From the NCBI GenBank assembly GCA_951406725.2, contig OX597826.1:33666001-33730000 (forward strand): a DNA stretch of 64,000 nucleotides. The letters are read 5' to 3'. Shown here in pieces: positions 13,661-26,831 of this stretch. The number at the start of each line of letters is the position of its first letter. Positions within the stretch are counted from its first letter, which is position 1. The stretch is from Octopus vulgaris (taxonomy: Eukaryota). The translations under genes and the position numbers were made by a program. The notes beneath the pieces were generated by a model. It saw only the letters and a list, made by a program, of their open reading frames with translations. It had not been told where the DNA came from and made no database searches.

Positions 13661-14516
13661 AATAGTGACTAATTAACAAATGACTTTGTATATTTTATAG
13701 CTGACAGGTTGGTCATTTTGAGTGCAATGTATCTTTTGTCTTGGATACAGCACAGCTTTGTTAGGAATACCTCGACTTTCGACACTTCTTCAGATGTCTG
13801 CGATACAAATAAATATATTTAAAGAACTCTCGATATTTTTATTTCACATTCAGCCTCAACATGTATGAATTTGAATATAAAAAAATATATTAAAAAAAAG
13901 CCATTTGATGACGAAACATTTTGTTATTCACAAAATAGTAGTTTGACACAATAAAATTATTGGAATAAATATCAATTGATGTTGACGAGACACAATAAAG
14001 GAGGAACACAATTAATTGAATTATTTTTTGCTTTTGAGTGGTTGTCAGAGAATGAAAGTTATTAATGAACTCATAAACTTGATAGAGCAAGTCACAATAC
14101 GTAAAACATATCCAGGCTGACACTTTTAACCTCACGCACCAGCTTCACCGTCTTCAAATAAACATCAAGGAGGAGAAAATAAAAGCCAGACTGAGGTGAC
14201 AAAAAGATATTACATAATAGTAAATAGGTTGTTAGAAAATCTATTCAACAGATTCGTAACAAGGCCAATGTCATTGTTAATAGTATAACAGAAGTTTGTG
14301 ATCAATGGTAGTCGACGTCTCCAGTTTTTTAATCAACAACTATTTATGGTTGTTTCATGGTTGAAGATTCTGCCATGAAACCATTCCATTTAGAGCCGTA
14401 ATTATTATTAAATAAATATAGCATAAATATTAATAATAAAAATATAAAAAAACATTATTCTTCTTGCAGCAAGACAGAATAACATTTTAGAGTTGCTGCA
14501 TCCTCCTCTCTCACCC

Positions 14517-14552
<36 letters not shown>

Positions 14553-15437
14553 CTACCACCACCATACCATCACCAGCATCATTATCATCATCAGCATCAC
14601 TACCATTATCATCATTACCACCACCATCACCACCATACCACCATCATCTTTTTCTTTCTTCTCTCCCCTCCTCTTCCCCCTCCCTTCCTCATCATCGTTA
14701 CCGTCACCACCACCACCACCACCATACCACCATCATCCTCTTCTGTCTCCTCTCCCACCTCTTATTTTCTCCTCCTCCTCCTCCTCATCGTCACTACCAC
14801 CACCACCACCACCACCACCACCATACCACCATCATCCTCTTCGTCTCCTCTCCCACCTCCTCTTCCCCTCCCCTACATCATCATCGTCACAACCACCACC
14901 ATCGCAGTACAATAGTGCTGTAATTGCATTTACTGCTGTTGCTATATTTATCTCTTCATCTTTACTAATTTCATCCATTCTTTCATTTTTTTATTGGTTA
15001 TTTCCAGTATTTCGTCCATCAAATATATTTATTCGTTATCTTCTGATCTTTGCGGATTTATTAACATTTCTCAACAAGATTTTTCATCTGTGTCGGAGCT
15101 TCCATTTTCATCCACTTAGTTCTAAAAATTCTTCCGCTATTTACTTTTTTGATTCTGTACAAGAGAGGAAAGATGAGAGGAATTATCACTCACCACTCAC
15201 CATCTTTGACAAAAACTATAATTAAATAAATAAATAAACCAAAATAATTCTTTAAATCTGATATTCTTGGCATAATTTTAAAGTATATTTACAAATTTTT
15301 TTTTATATTCTGATTTTAGCATTTTCTAGATCTTGGAATCATATTTACTTGAATCATTTTGTACATTAATAATGATGATGATGATGATAATAATAATAAT
15401 AATAATAATGATGATGATGATGATGATGATGATAACA

Positions 15438-15585
15438 GACTTGCCCAAAACCACTACAAGTTGTGGCGACACGACCAGGTAGCGAAAGTGCTATATTGGA
15501 AACTATGCAAAACATTGGGGCTAACGAGAAGCAAGGTGTGGTATGAGCACAAACCACAGAGTGTAGCGGAGTTGGAGACTAGCAG
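15438..15585 (+). mobile_element. RLE retrotransposon fragment (RHD region)
   Basis: LAQNHYKLWRHDQVAKVLYWKLCK...WYEHKPQSV aligns with LAKKEYIHRHDRVGTYIHWKLCQ...WYRHTPEKV of the large element. Confidence 0.8.
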
Positions 15586-15844
15586 AATCATTCAAATACG
15601 TATCTTTCGGGTTTTTGTAAGGTATAATAGTAAATGCATCTACTATGTAAACCATCGTCTGTTAAAGCATTTCAAAAATATGAAGAAATTGATGGAAACA
15701 TTTCAATATATTTATGATCAGAGCAGTAAGTTGGCTACTAAGTTAGGAGGATAAATATATATACAGAAGGGCAGAGAGAAAACAAAAGAGGAAAATGTCT
15801 TTGCTTTTCTTTTAAATGTTTAATTTCACTGAAGACTTTATGAC

Positions 15845-16105
15845 AAAAATCAGTTCCATTGCTTTTCAGAACTTTGGGTCATCCCTCGAGCATTTATAGA
15901 AGGGAAAGGTCTTGAATTTGTTGTCTCCATATATTTCCAGATGCTTACTCAGTGGTATCTTGCATTGTTGCTTTTGTCAGATATGCTGTCTGTGGATTCT
16001 TGCACAATGGTAAAAGGTTTCGCCAATATAATTTTCCTTGCAGTTGAGGCAGGTTATGCTGTATATAAGATTCTGTCTTACAGTTTATATCTGCATTTAT
16101 TTGAA
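15845..16105 (-). pseudogene. Decayed PLE GIY-YIG endonuclease (CxxC-containing, Neptune/Penelope type)
   Basis: Manual translation across one frameshift and stops: INADINCKT/NLIYSITCLNCKENYIGETF..RIHRQHI*...PLSKHLE...FPFYK. Confidence 0.75.
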
Positions 16106-16694
16106 GGAAAATCAACTTTTAAATTTTAAATAAACCACTGGCCAAATATTTGAAGCTGTTGTTACATGTTCTCTCATGGACATGACTGAAAACCACTACT
16201 CTGAGACATTTTTATGATTCAAAATTTAAAATTTACAGTAATTCACCTGCTTTCTGTAACATTTATCTGGTTATTTTTAACCTTCCTGAGACAAACACAT
16301 CTGTGTAAAATTAGACAAGGAGTGATAAACATTTTACTATTAAGGGAACGAGAAGGGATCTAGTGGGAACCAAGAACTAAACAATAAGAGCTTGATGACA
16401 ACTTACATTGTTTGGATGGCAAGTTTGCAATAGACATAGCAGTTTTGAATTTAGTTCCAGTTATTTTCAGGAATCTTTCATCAACATCCATTACTGACTT
16501 TCAATTCTGCCAAAAGTGTGATCTGGGAAGAGATAAGGTTCTCTATGTTGATTTATGCTCTTGTTACACAGCATGGGAAGAAATTCCAAATTAAAACATT
16601 TTAACCAAACCATTTATAGGTTGTTTGTCAGCACTCACACACTCACACACACACACTAAGCATTTTGTCTGGCAGGGTAATGATTTGGCCAGCC

Positions 16695-16828
16695 CTTGCT
16701 TACCAACCACATGGTTCTGGGTTCAGTCCCACTGTGTGGCACCTTGGGCAAGTGTTTTCTACTATAGCCCCAGGCCGACCAAAGCCTTGTGAGTGGATTT
16801 GGTAGACTGAAACTGAAAGAAGCTCGTC

Positions 16829-16872
<44 letters not shown>

Positions 16873-17082
16873 TTGTGTATCTGTGTTTGTCTCCCCAACG
16901 TCACTTGAAAACCGATAGTGGTGTGTTTATGTCTCTGTAACTTAGCGATTCAGCAGAAGAGAATGATAGAATAAGTACTAGGCTTACAAAGAATAAGTCC
17001 TGGGGTCGATTCACTCAACTAAAGACTGTGCTCCAGCATGGCCACAGTCAAATAACTGAAACAAGTTAACAGATAAAAGAAT
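16695..17082 (+). mobile_element. SINE family A
   Basis: cttgcttaccaaccacatggttctgggttcagtcccactg...gctccagcatggccacagtcaa. Confidence 0.85.
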
Positions 17083-17097
17083 GAATAATAATAATAA

Positions 17098-17285
17098 TCA
17101 TTTCTACTATAGGCATGAGGCGTGAAGATTCAGGGGAGGGGGATGAGTCGATTATATTGACCGCCCCTGCCAATGCTCAGCTGAAAGGATGAAAGGTAAA
17201 GTTGACCTCTGCAGAATGTGAACTGAGAGAAAATGCTGCTAAACATTTTAACCACCAGGCCAACAATTCTGCCAGTGTGCCACCT
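17098..17285 (-). mobile_element. SINE family B
   Basis: ctgaaaggatgaaaggtaaagttgacctctgcagaatgtgaact. Confidence 0.7.
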
Positions 17286-17346
17286 TCTTGATGATGATGA
17301 TGATGATGATGACGCTGCCGCTGCCGCCACCGTCGACAATAATGAC

Positions 17347-17413
<67 letters not shown>

Positions 17414-18172
17414 GTGGTGATGGTGGTGGTAGTGGTGGTGGTGGTGGTGGTGGTGATAATGATGATGCTGATGATGATTGATGCAATCAGAAAATCATTA
17501 TCATTGAACAAAGCAAAAACAGAAACGAAATTAGACAGCTTTATTCTTATTCTGACCTCATCAGTAAAGCCTACTCTATAGCATAGCAACTGAAATGCAG
17601 TTGAATGAATCACTTTATGAAGCATGTGAAATCATTGTCGAACTGAATGTATTTCTCACTAGTTGGTAAACAAGTACTCTATCCTGAACTCCTGTCTCCT
17701 TAATTACATCTCCAAGAGTACCGTAATTGACCCCTAATGATCTGCACCCACTTAGAATCAAATATAAAAACATCTTGAAGAATGATAATGAAGCTAGACA
17801 AAGTCTTGAATTAAAACAAGTCTCTAGTTGATCTTAATCAGACACTCTACCTGAATAGAAGCGACTGCAGGCGCCGTTGGATATCAAATATTTCTATATA
17901 AATAAATAAAGAGAAATAAAAGGAAAATAAAAAAAGTGAACAAAAACAAACACACAGAAAATCGTTAATTAAATATCAAAAAAACCAATACAGCTGTGTT
18001 TGAATATCTGAAATTGTGAAGAAAATAAATCACACACACACACACAGATACACATGGACATACATATGCAAGTATTCACACAATAACACACACATAATGT
18101 GTGTGTTCTTGTGTTGGCTGCCAATCTACCTCACTCCCCCATTTTACCTATTTATCTATCGATCTATCTACA

Positions 18173-18206
<34 letters not shown>

Positions 18207-18347
18207 CCTAGTCCTCTCCTTCTCCTTGTCTATATACATACACACACAGTCACACACATGTATGCATGCACACACACACACACACACATATATATGCATA
18301 CAATATAAATGTATATATGTATGTTTATATATAGATATATATGTGTA

Positions 18348-18378
<31 letters not shown>

Positions 18379-18554
18379 ATATATATATATATATACATAT
18401 ATGTATGTATTTATGTATGAATGTATTTATGTATGTTTGTATCTACTCCTCTCCCTCTCCTTGTCTATAGACATTCACACACACTCACACACATGTATGC
18501 ATGCACACACACACATACATATATGCATACAATATGAATGTATATATGTATATT

Positions 18555-18593
<39 letters not shown>

Positions 18594-18807
18594 ACATATA
18601 CATGTATATATATATATGTATATATATATGTAATGTGATTATGGGTTCACACTGGTTTGAAAAGCTTTTCATTGAAAAAGTACTCAATATTTTTAAATAG
18701 ATTGAATAAAGATAATTATACCAAGTTAGATAATTTGTGTATATCACTGCTTAGAATTTTGTGTTTATAAGATTTAGGTGACTGTGTATATACATGCATA
18801 CATACAC

Positions 18808-19220
18808 AACAGGTGAAAATGAGAACACCTATGCTGAACTATTGAGAAATCTGCAGTTACTCTATCCAGATTACAAGTTCAGATTTATGCCTATGATTAT
18901 TGGGGCCCTAGGATGTGTAACACACTGCCTAAATATCAATCTTGAGAAATTAGGCTTCTCAAAACCAGAAAGGAGAAAGCTAATTCAAAGACTACAGATC
19001 CAATCCATCAGTGGAACTATAAAAATCTGTAAAACTTTCCAGAAGTCTATTATTTAAAAATGTATGAGTATGTCTAGATATGCAAGTATATGGATGAGAA
19101 TACATGCATAAAACAAAACATACAAATCTTCACATACACATACATACATACACACATACATACATAAATACATACATACATACATACATACATACGTACA
19201 TACATACATACATACATACA

Positions 19221-19252
<32 letters not shown>

Positions 19253-19356
19253 AACAGAAGTACCCTGTTGTTGATGTTGAAATTCCAATGAGGAATCTAG
19301 GTTAGAAACCGACTCTTTCTCTATTGGCAAGAAATCTTGAAAAAAAACTGAACAAT
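18808..19356 (+). mobile_element. 3' end of a second RLE retrotransposon family, with 3' UTR
   Basis: TYAELLRNLQLLYPDYKFRFMPMIIGALG...QIQSISGTIKICKTF is an RLE C-terminus (IIGALG); the tail recurs inverted at 45110-45215. Confidence 0.75.
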
Positions 19357-19393
19357 GTTATACATGCACACACACACACACACACGCACACAC

Positions 19394-19779
19394 ATAACAC
19401 ATGAGAGAAAGAGAAAGAAAATGGTATTCATGAGATTCTTTAATAATCACTATGAACATTTCAACCCCTTATGCATTGGTCATTCACAGGTGAGATTCAG
19501 GTGCAAATTATTGCAGCACATCATTTGCTACAGATGTGCCTAATCAGGTGACTTACGAAATGGTACTTCATTCTTTAATCTTCATTTCATTTATTTCAAT
19601 TGGAATACTTTTGGTACCTGAGAAATTTTTGATGCGACACATTTGCACCAAATGATGCACCGTAACTATTAATATAGCATCTCACCTGCAAGTGACCAAT
19701 AGATGATGGATTGAAATGATTATAGTGATTAAAAAACAACCTCGTGAATTCCATTTCTTTTCTCTTTCTCTCATGTTAT
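19394..19779. mobile_element. Foldback/MITE-like element with ~150-bp imperfect terminal inverted repeats
   Basis: catgagagaaagagaaagaaaatgg...attggtcattcacaggtgagat pairs with atctcacctgcaagtgaccaat...ccatttcttttctctttctctcatg. Confidence 0.65.
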
Positions 19780-19993
19780 AAACTCTATGGACATGGAATT
19801 CCTGAAGTAAATCCTGTGGTATTTGAATTCATACTGTTGTTGACATCAGGTAGCCAAATACAGTGAAGGAGCTTAAAACAACACACTAGAAGGTGTACAC
19901 ACAAATTTATCATTATATATATATATACATATATATAGTGATATATGTCCATGCATGTATGCACACAGACACACACACATATAGACACACATG

Positions 19994-20027
<34 letters not shown>

Positions 20028-20219
20028 TACACACACACACATAACCTCATCATAATGATCATCATCATTTAAAGTCTGTTGTCCATGCTGGCATGGGTTG
20101 GATGGTTTAACCAATGCTAGTAAGCAGAGGGGCTGCGCAGGCTCCAGACTGATTTGGCATGGTTTCTACAGTTTATAAGTGTGTGTATATATTTAAATAT
20201 ATATATATATATATATATC

Positions 20220-20367
20220 TGTGGATTTCCACCTCGGTATCCGAAACTCGGAGTTTTATCATGGCTACCGAATAATTGTCACATATTACATTTATAGATA
20301 AATTCCTCTATTTACATAATATCGAGGTCTCTTTCTTTCTTTTGTCATCTTACCATTTTTACCAATA
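20220..20367 (+). mobile_element. Solo 3' pseudo-LTR fragment related to the 24925-26637 PLE
   Basis: gtggatttccacctcggtatccgaaactcggagttttatc...taccatttttaccaata is a diverged match to the reverse complement of 24925-25067. Confidence 0.75.
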
Positions 20368-20489
20368 TATATATATATATATAAGCACTTTCTCTCTATC
20401 CACACTCTCCTGTCTGAGAAAGCACTTTCTCTACATTCCTTCTATATCTTGTCACTTCCGAAATGTAGCTACAGGTGGACTGTTGGTGA

Positions 20490-20672
20490 TTTTTTTCCCT
20501 CTTCTTCCTTCTTTCCCTTTGGACTTTCCTCTTTTTCCTGTTTCTGAAGAAGAGCTATGCTCGAAGCATAAAGCAACTACTCTCTCCCTTCTTTGAGCAT
20601 CATATTAATACATTGCTTGTGCTACGTCCCCACGTTTGCTGGTTTTTCTTTTCCTCTGTGTTTTTTAATTGA
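20490..20672 (+). mobile_element. PLE pseudo-LTR-like fragment with a degenerate minimal HHR (20541-20572)
   Basis: ttt CTGAAGA agagc-tat-gctc GAAG ca TA aag; same family at 51915-52095 and 41500-41583. Confidence 0.55.
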
Positions 20673-20673
20673 C

Positions 20674-20709
<36 letters not shown>

Positions 20710-20794
20710 TGTATGTATGTATGTATGTATGTATATGCATATATACATATATTTGTGTGTCTATGTGCATATATATATGTATATATATATATAT

Positions 20795-21012
20795 CTATTG
20801 TTATATTTCGGATTGGTCATTTTGCTAGTTTAGCCAATAAAAACACACGCACTATATATTTGGTGTTACTTTGCTTCAGTGTTATTTATTTTTTACATTA
20901 ATCTTAATCTTATTTCAGCCAGAGTTCTTTCATCACACTCCTGTGACCGCATCAGTGGTCCTTTGTTTTCTTCTTTCTTATTTGTGTCTCTCCTTACTAA
21001 CCGTTAGCCATT
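20795..21012 (-). mobile_element. HHR-bearing pseudo-LTR-like fragment (HHR 20919-20958)
   Basis: cca CTGATGC g-gtcaca-ggag-tgtgat GAAA gaac TC tgg; same family at 49345-49630. Confidence 0.6.
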
Positions 21013-21190
21013 TTGTATTTCTATTGTATGTCTTCATTTGCACATGCTTATATCTCTATGTGTGTCTATGTTTATTTAGTGTGTGTATGTGGGGGGATGC
21101 CTGTAATATTTGTATCTTCTGTTTATATACGTCCATTACATACATGTATATTCATATATATATATATGTATGTAATCATTTTCTATCTAT

Positions 21191-21263
<73 letters not shown>

Positions 21264-21446
21264 GAGAGAGAGAGAGAGGGAAGGACATACTTATTTGAAG
21301 CTGTTACATGAAGTAATGATGTGTTAAGTTTGAACTTGCAATAAATATGATATTTAACTCAACTGTTGTGGGGTTTCATTTTATTCTTCCTTTTTAATGC
21401 TTGTATATGAGTGTGGGAGTATATGTACATATGTATTAACCTTTCA

Positions 21447-21484
<38 letters not shown>

Positions 21485-21722
21485 TCCTGTCTAAGTATGT
21501 ATGCATCTATCGATCTATCAGCCTATCTATATACATATATACTCACACACATACACACATGTATATCTGAATGTGTGTATGTGCATATGTATGTATGCAT
21601 GAATGTATGTTTGTATGTATGTCTGCGTGTATATATGTATGTATGTATATGAATGTATATAGACATATATATGTTTATATCAACTTATCTATATCTATCC
21701 ATCTATCTATTTATGAACCTAA

Positions 21723-21785
<63 letters not shown>

Positions 21786-21907
21786 TATATACATATATAG
21801 ATGTGTAGATATAAACATATATATGTCTATGTACATTCATACAAATACGTACATACAGATATACATACATACATAAATATATACATATATATGTGCGTAT
21901 GTGTGTG

Positions 21908-21945
<38 letters not shown>

Positions 21946-21950
21946 CTCGT

Positions 21951-22018
<68 letters not shown>

Positions 22019-22892
22019 CTCTCCTATATACACATATAAACAATCATCTATACATTCAGACATTCGGTCTTTTATATCTCATTCTTGATATATAGTTTCA
22101 CTTCATGCTGGTGATGGTTACGGTAGGCGTGGTGGTGGTGGTTCTAATTCTGATAGTGATGTTGGTGGCTGTGGCTGTGGTACTGATGATGGTGCTTGTC
22201 ATGGTGGAGGTGACGGCGTGTAGCTTGTAGGGATTGGAAATTGTTAAAAAATTATTTCTTCAAAAAAGAAGAGAAGTATAAATTATTTAGTTTTTCCCAG
22301 CAGGGTGACAATAAAGAAAGCAAAGAAGAACTAGCATAGCAGAAGCTATAACAATAAATAAATCTAAATAAATTCTTCGTACATCTCCATTTTATCTCTG
22401 AGTACTAAAAGCTGTCAGCTATATCAAAATTTTCCTATTTCTTCATTTATTGTTATTGTTGTCTGCTACATAGTTGTCCTTTTTTTTTCTTTTCTGCCTT
22501 TTTTTTTTACTGCATAAGTTTTTTTTATATATTTCGTTTTTAATCAACTGAATTTTAGTTCTTGTTGAGATTTGATATCAGGGTCAAACGTGGGAATGTA
22601 GCAAAATATGCCACGGTTGGAAACAGAACAGGAAAAAATAGTTTGTGTAATGTTTATTAAGTAAATGTTTATGTGTAGTCTTAGAAAGTAAATTTGTTTT
22701 CTATGTATAAGACGAAATACTAAACATACACAGCAATGGCATCGATTGTTCATAGATATACTAACATTATAGAAACAGAATAAAAAATTGCACAAAGAAT
22801 TTTCATGAAATAGACGTTTTTGTATAGTCTTAAGAATTGCCATTTGTTTTGCATGCATAAGACGAGATAATAAACTTATACATCACTTACAG

Positions 22893-23115
22893 TTCTATAT
22901 TTAAGTGATGAGGAATTATGTGCATTATTTACATTTGACGGATATTTGTCCTCATCTTGTTTGTTGTTAACACAACGTTTCGGCTGATATACCCTCCAGC
23001 CTTCATCAGGAATGAGAACCTAGGTTCGAAATTTCCCCCAAGACACCTGATGAAGGCTGGAGGGCATATCAGCAAACAAGATGAGAACAAATATCCTTCA
23101 AATGTAAATAATGTA
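22893..23115. mobile_element. Head-to-head inverted copy of the HHR tail of the tRNA/HHR SINE
   Basis: 22925-23010 is the reverse complement of 23046-23115 (right arm has a short deletion); minus arm reads CTGATGA a ggctg..cagcc GAAA cg TT gtgtt. Confidence 0.75.
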
Positions 23116-23459
23116 TATACATCACTTATTCTTTGTTAAAGTGAAATTAAACAGTCTTTAGAGTGACCCTTGTAATTTCTATATATATGTCTGTTTGGTA
23201 GGCATGTTTAAAGTATTTTGTCTCACAACATCCTCTATTAATGTCAGTGGACAAGTCAGACATCTTAAAAACACGATACTCTCAGACAATTGAATATTAT
23301 TCTATTATTACTATCAGTAATTATTCTATTATTCTGTTATTCTATTATTCTATTATTGAGCATTATTCTATTTTTACTATCAGACTATTGAGTATTCTTC
23401 TATTATTTACTAGACTCACCGAATACAGAATTCTGATTTTCTTCATATTTTCAATCTTT

Positions 23460-23675
23460 TATCTTTTACTTGTTTCAGTCATTAGACTGTGGCCTTGCTG
23501 GAGTACAACCTTGAAGAGCTTTTAGTCAAATGAATCAACCCCACAACATATTGTTTTTTAAAGCCTGGTACTTATTCTATCAGTGTCTTTTGCTGAACTG
23601 CTAAGTTAAAGGGATGCAAACAAACCAACACCAGTTGTCAAGTGGTGGTGAGGGACGAAAACTGAGAGAAAGACA
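23460..23675 (-). mobile_element. SINE family A, 3' half
   Basis: tcttttacttgtttcagtcattagactgtggcc...gctgaactgctaagtt. Confidence 0.75.
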
Positions 23676-23724
23676 CACACACATAGTTATACATAAATAT
23701 ATAGAAATGCATTGTGCACAACAT

Positions 23725-24055
23725 ATTACATAGTTCTACTAGCTACTATATCAGGTCTACTATTAAATTTAAACAGATATTCTGCACATCTAAACTCATT
23801 TAAATATGAAGAGCATAGCAAAACCACATCCCTAGACAACTATATATGCCATCTGATAAATAGAAAAGTACCATATATGATATCCTGGGCAATAATAGAT
23901 TCTGGTGTCCCATACCAAGGCCACCACTTCACATGTGAACTCTGCCTGAAAGAAACCCTCTAAATATTAATTCATAATTCAGTGCAATTACTCAATAAAC
24001 AAAACAAAGTATTTTCTACATGTAAGCATAAGTTCTTTTACACCTTTAGATTCTT
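23725..24055 (+). pseudogene. Decayed C-terminal half of a Naiad-type PLE GIY-YIG endonuclease (second family)
   Basis: RYSAHLNSFKY...TSLDNYICHL...ISWAII...CELCLKETL*...LLNKQNKVFSTCKH parallels RFNNHTLSF...TQLSNHIW...WKIL...CGLCDME...CLNTRTELFGSCPH. Confidence 0.7.
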
Positions 24056-24777
24056 CCATAGGTCCAAAAACAAGCAATATCAACACACATGACATTTGCC
24101 AATATGCATCCACAATTGTTACAATATACATGTTTTTTCTTCCTTCTTCTTCCCTATTAACATAAAATCCTTAGAAGCAACCTAGCTTTAATTCCTTAAA
24201 CTTTAATTTAAAAAAATTTTAATTTAAATTCAACTTTTAACTTTTAAATTTTAAATTTTAATTCTTTAATCTGTATCCTTTAGCCATATAATTCTAGTTT
24301 TATCCTATATATACCCCCTTAAGCTAAGCATCTATTTTTAGTTATCCATACTGACCACTGACCACTTAGTGTAGATTTCATCTATTCAATTAACAGATAT
24401 AAATACCTTCCTCCGTTACTTTATCAAAGCCTTAATGCCTGACCTCTCACCCCAAAGAATAATATTGGCATCTTATTTCTATCTTTATTCCTTTTCTTTT
24501 TCTTTTTTTTTCTTTTTTCTTTTTATTTGGAAGGGCATCCAGCCATAGAAACTTTGCCAAATCAGACTGGAGTTTGGTGCAGCCTTCCAGCTTGCCAGCC
24601 CTAGTCAAACCGTCCAACTCATGACAGCATGAACAATGGATGTTAAATGATGATGATGATGCTGATGATAATGATAATGATAAAGAAGATATTTCTTCCA
24701 TCTGGCTGCTTTTTTTTTTCCCCACAAAACGAGAAGTTACAATGCAGAACTGTTATTTTAATGAGTTGCATTCATTT

Positions 24778-24854
24778 ATCACCCAACGAGATATATCTGC
24801 ACCACCTGATGCCCCTGAACCAGTTGCTAGATGTGGTGAAACAATTGTTGTGAT
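24778..24854 (+). ncRNA. Degenerate HHR with long stem II
   Basis: atcac CCAACGA gatatatct...agatgtggt GAAA caattg TT gtgat; sister copy at 41936-42041. Confidence 0.55.
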
Positions 24855-25025
24855 TAATAATAAATTCCCTTATATTCCATCTTCTGTCTTTCTTATGCTA
24901 TATATATATATATATATATATATGTATTGATAAAACGGTAAGATAACAAAAGAAAGAAAGAGACCTCAATATTATGTAAATAGAGGAAATTTATCTATAC
25001 AATATGTTACATTACTCGGTAGTCA

Positions 25026-25088
25026 AGATAAAACTCTGAGTTTCAGATGCCGAAGTGGAAATCCACAACACCATCTCTTCGGTTATCT
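25026..25088 (-). ncRNA. HHR-like motif in the PLE pseudo-LTR
   Basis: agataa CCGAAGA gatg...catc t GAAA ctcagag TT ttatct; non-canonical CCGA core. Confidence 0.55.
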
Positions 25089-25283
25089 GGCTATTTGAAA
25101 ACGTTATGAAAAAATACCGTTAAAAATGAAGGGAAATTACTCTGTTATAACTCTGCTTTGCCTGCGTACTTATACATCGCTCGCATTTTTCGTCATAAAA
25201 ATTATATAAAAATACATAAAAAATATATAAAAATATATAAAAATATATAAAATCTTCTTGGGACATAACACAGAAAGCATGTT

Positions 25284-26374
25284 CTATCCGTTTTCTTTAG
25301 GGGACCAAAAACGTAACAGAAATTTAGTCACATGTGGGCATGATCCGAAAAGTTCTGTCCTTGTATTTAGACATGTGGTAGGGTCTAAGCTGCTTTTCCA
25401 GATAAGCCATCTCTCCATGTCGCATAAACCGCACCTTCCGCTGCCGTTAGTATAGGGCTTACATCTGGCCAAAATCTTCCATTGTATGTTATAATCGACA
25501 CCTTTATCTCTTAAAGACCAAATATGATTGGATAATTGTGTCGCTTTTCTTTGTTCCAGTGCCTAAAGCTCAAAGTGTGGTTATTGAACCTGGCCTTGAA
25601 ATTACCCTCTGTCAGGCCCACGTATTTCTTCGTCGAAACGGTGTCTTTAGTGGTTATAGAGTTTACGGTAGCCTCATATATGATGGTCTTGGACATGCAA
25701 GCTCCATTTAGCGGGCACAATTCTTTATTCCTGCATGAACAGCTGTTTTCTTCTTGTGTTTTTTGTATGTTATGATTGATTATGTTTTTAAAATTGGTAG
25801 TTGAACTAAAACTAATTTTTAAATTGTGTCTATTGAAGAGTTTCCTATAAGCATGGTTAACTGGAAAATGTCTATCTATCAGTGCTAGGAAATATTTACC
25901 TATATTGAAGGCCACCTCGGGTGAGTAAGGGGGCGTAAACCAGATGACCTTCCTATTTCTATTATTCCTTTTCTTTATTGTTGGGCTGGTGATAGGTGTA
26001 TATTTTATTTTTTCGCTAAAACCACTATCTTTTAAAGCTTTATTATAAACTGGGGCAACGCTATTGAAGATGTCCTCATTAGATGAGAGGCTAGAAATCC
26101 TCTTACTAATATTTTTAACTAAATTTTTGAATACTATAGGGGGATGGCATGAACCTACATTAATATAACTTAGTCTATCATTGGGCTTCCTATAAGGCTT
26201 ATAAATATTATTATTAAGATCTAAGGAAACGTCTAAGAAATTGACAACCGTCAGGTTAGTGTCTATAGTTATACTAAGTCCGAAGTGTTTCATTAACTGG
26301 ATAATATCCTTCCTAAAACGATCTTGTGCTGGTCCATTTGTATTAGCTGTTAAGGCGAGGGCATCATCTTTGTA
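25284..26374 (-). CDS. PLE reverse transcriptase (from YKDD) plus GIY-YIG endonuclease; one frameshift near 25546
   Basis: YKDDAL...VNFLDVSLDL...YKPYRKPN...SCHPP; linker CSCRNKELCPLNGAC (CxCx5C); IIY...YVG-LTE..FKARFNNH; one added base joins to KATQLSNHIW...CGLCDME...CLNTRTEL..SCPH. Confidence 0.88.
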
Positions 26375-26540
26375 GATTTTATATATTTTTATATATTTTT
26401 ATATATTTTTTATGTATTTTTATATAATTTTTATGACGAAAAATGCGAGCGATGTATAAGTACGCAGGCAAAGCAGAGTTATAACAGAGTAATTTCCCTT
26501 CATTTTTAACGGTATTTTTTCATAACGTTTTCAAATAGCC

Positions 26541-26603
26541 AGATAACCGAAGAGATGGTGTTGTGGATTTCCACTTCGGCATCTGAAACTCAGAGTTTTA
26601 TCT
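26541..26603 (+). ncRNA. HHR-like motif in the inverted pseudo-LTR copy
   Basis: Same sequence as 25026-25088 in the opposite orientation. Confidence 0.55.
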
Positions 26604-26672
26604 TGACTACCGAGTAATGTAACATATTGTATAGATATATATATATATGTAGATATATATACATACATACAT

Positions 26673-26713
<41 letters not shown>

Positions 26714-26831
26714 CATATGCATACACACAGACACACATACACACTCATACATATATATAAATATATATATATATACATATACACATACATGTATATACAT
26801 ATATATATATTTATAGATATAGATATATAGA

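Larger units (their letters stand above)
24925..26637 (-). mobile_element. 5'-truncated Penelope-like retroelement (Naiad-type) with inverted pseudo-LTR
   Basis: RT C-terminal part plus GIY-YIG; 24992-25255 and 26374-26637 are a 264-bp inverted repeat with no mismatch seen; (TA)n on both flanks. Confidence 0.9.

Noticed and set aside
18190-18630. ~235-bp local tandem duplication (similar cases at 21420-21900 and 22690-22880)
   Set aside because: Low-complexity or short diverged duplications with no sign of function.
25284-25760. Selenoprotein-type Naiad (UGA at conserved Cys positions)
   Set aside because: All linker and C-terminal Cys positions are ordinary Cys codons here, with no in-frame TGA.
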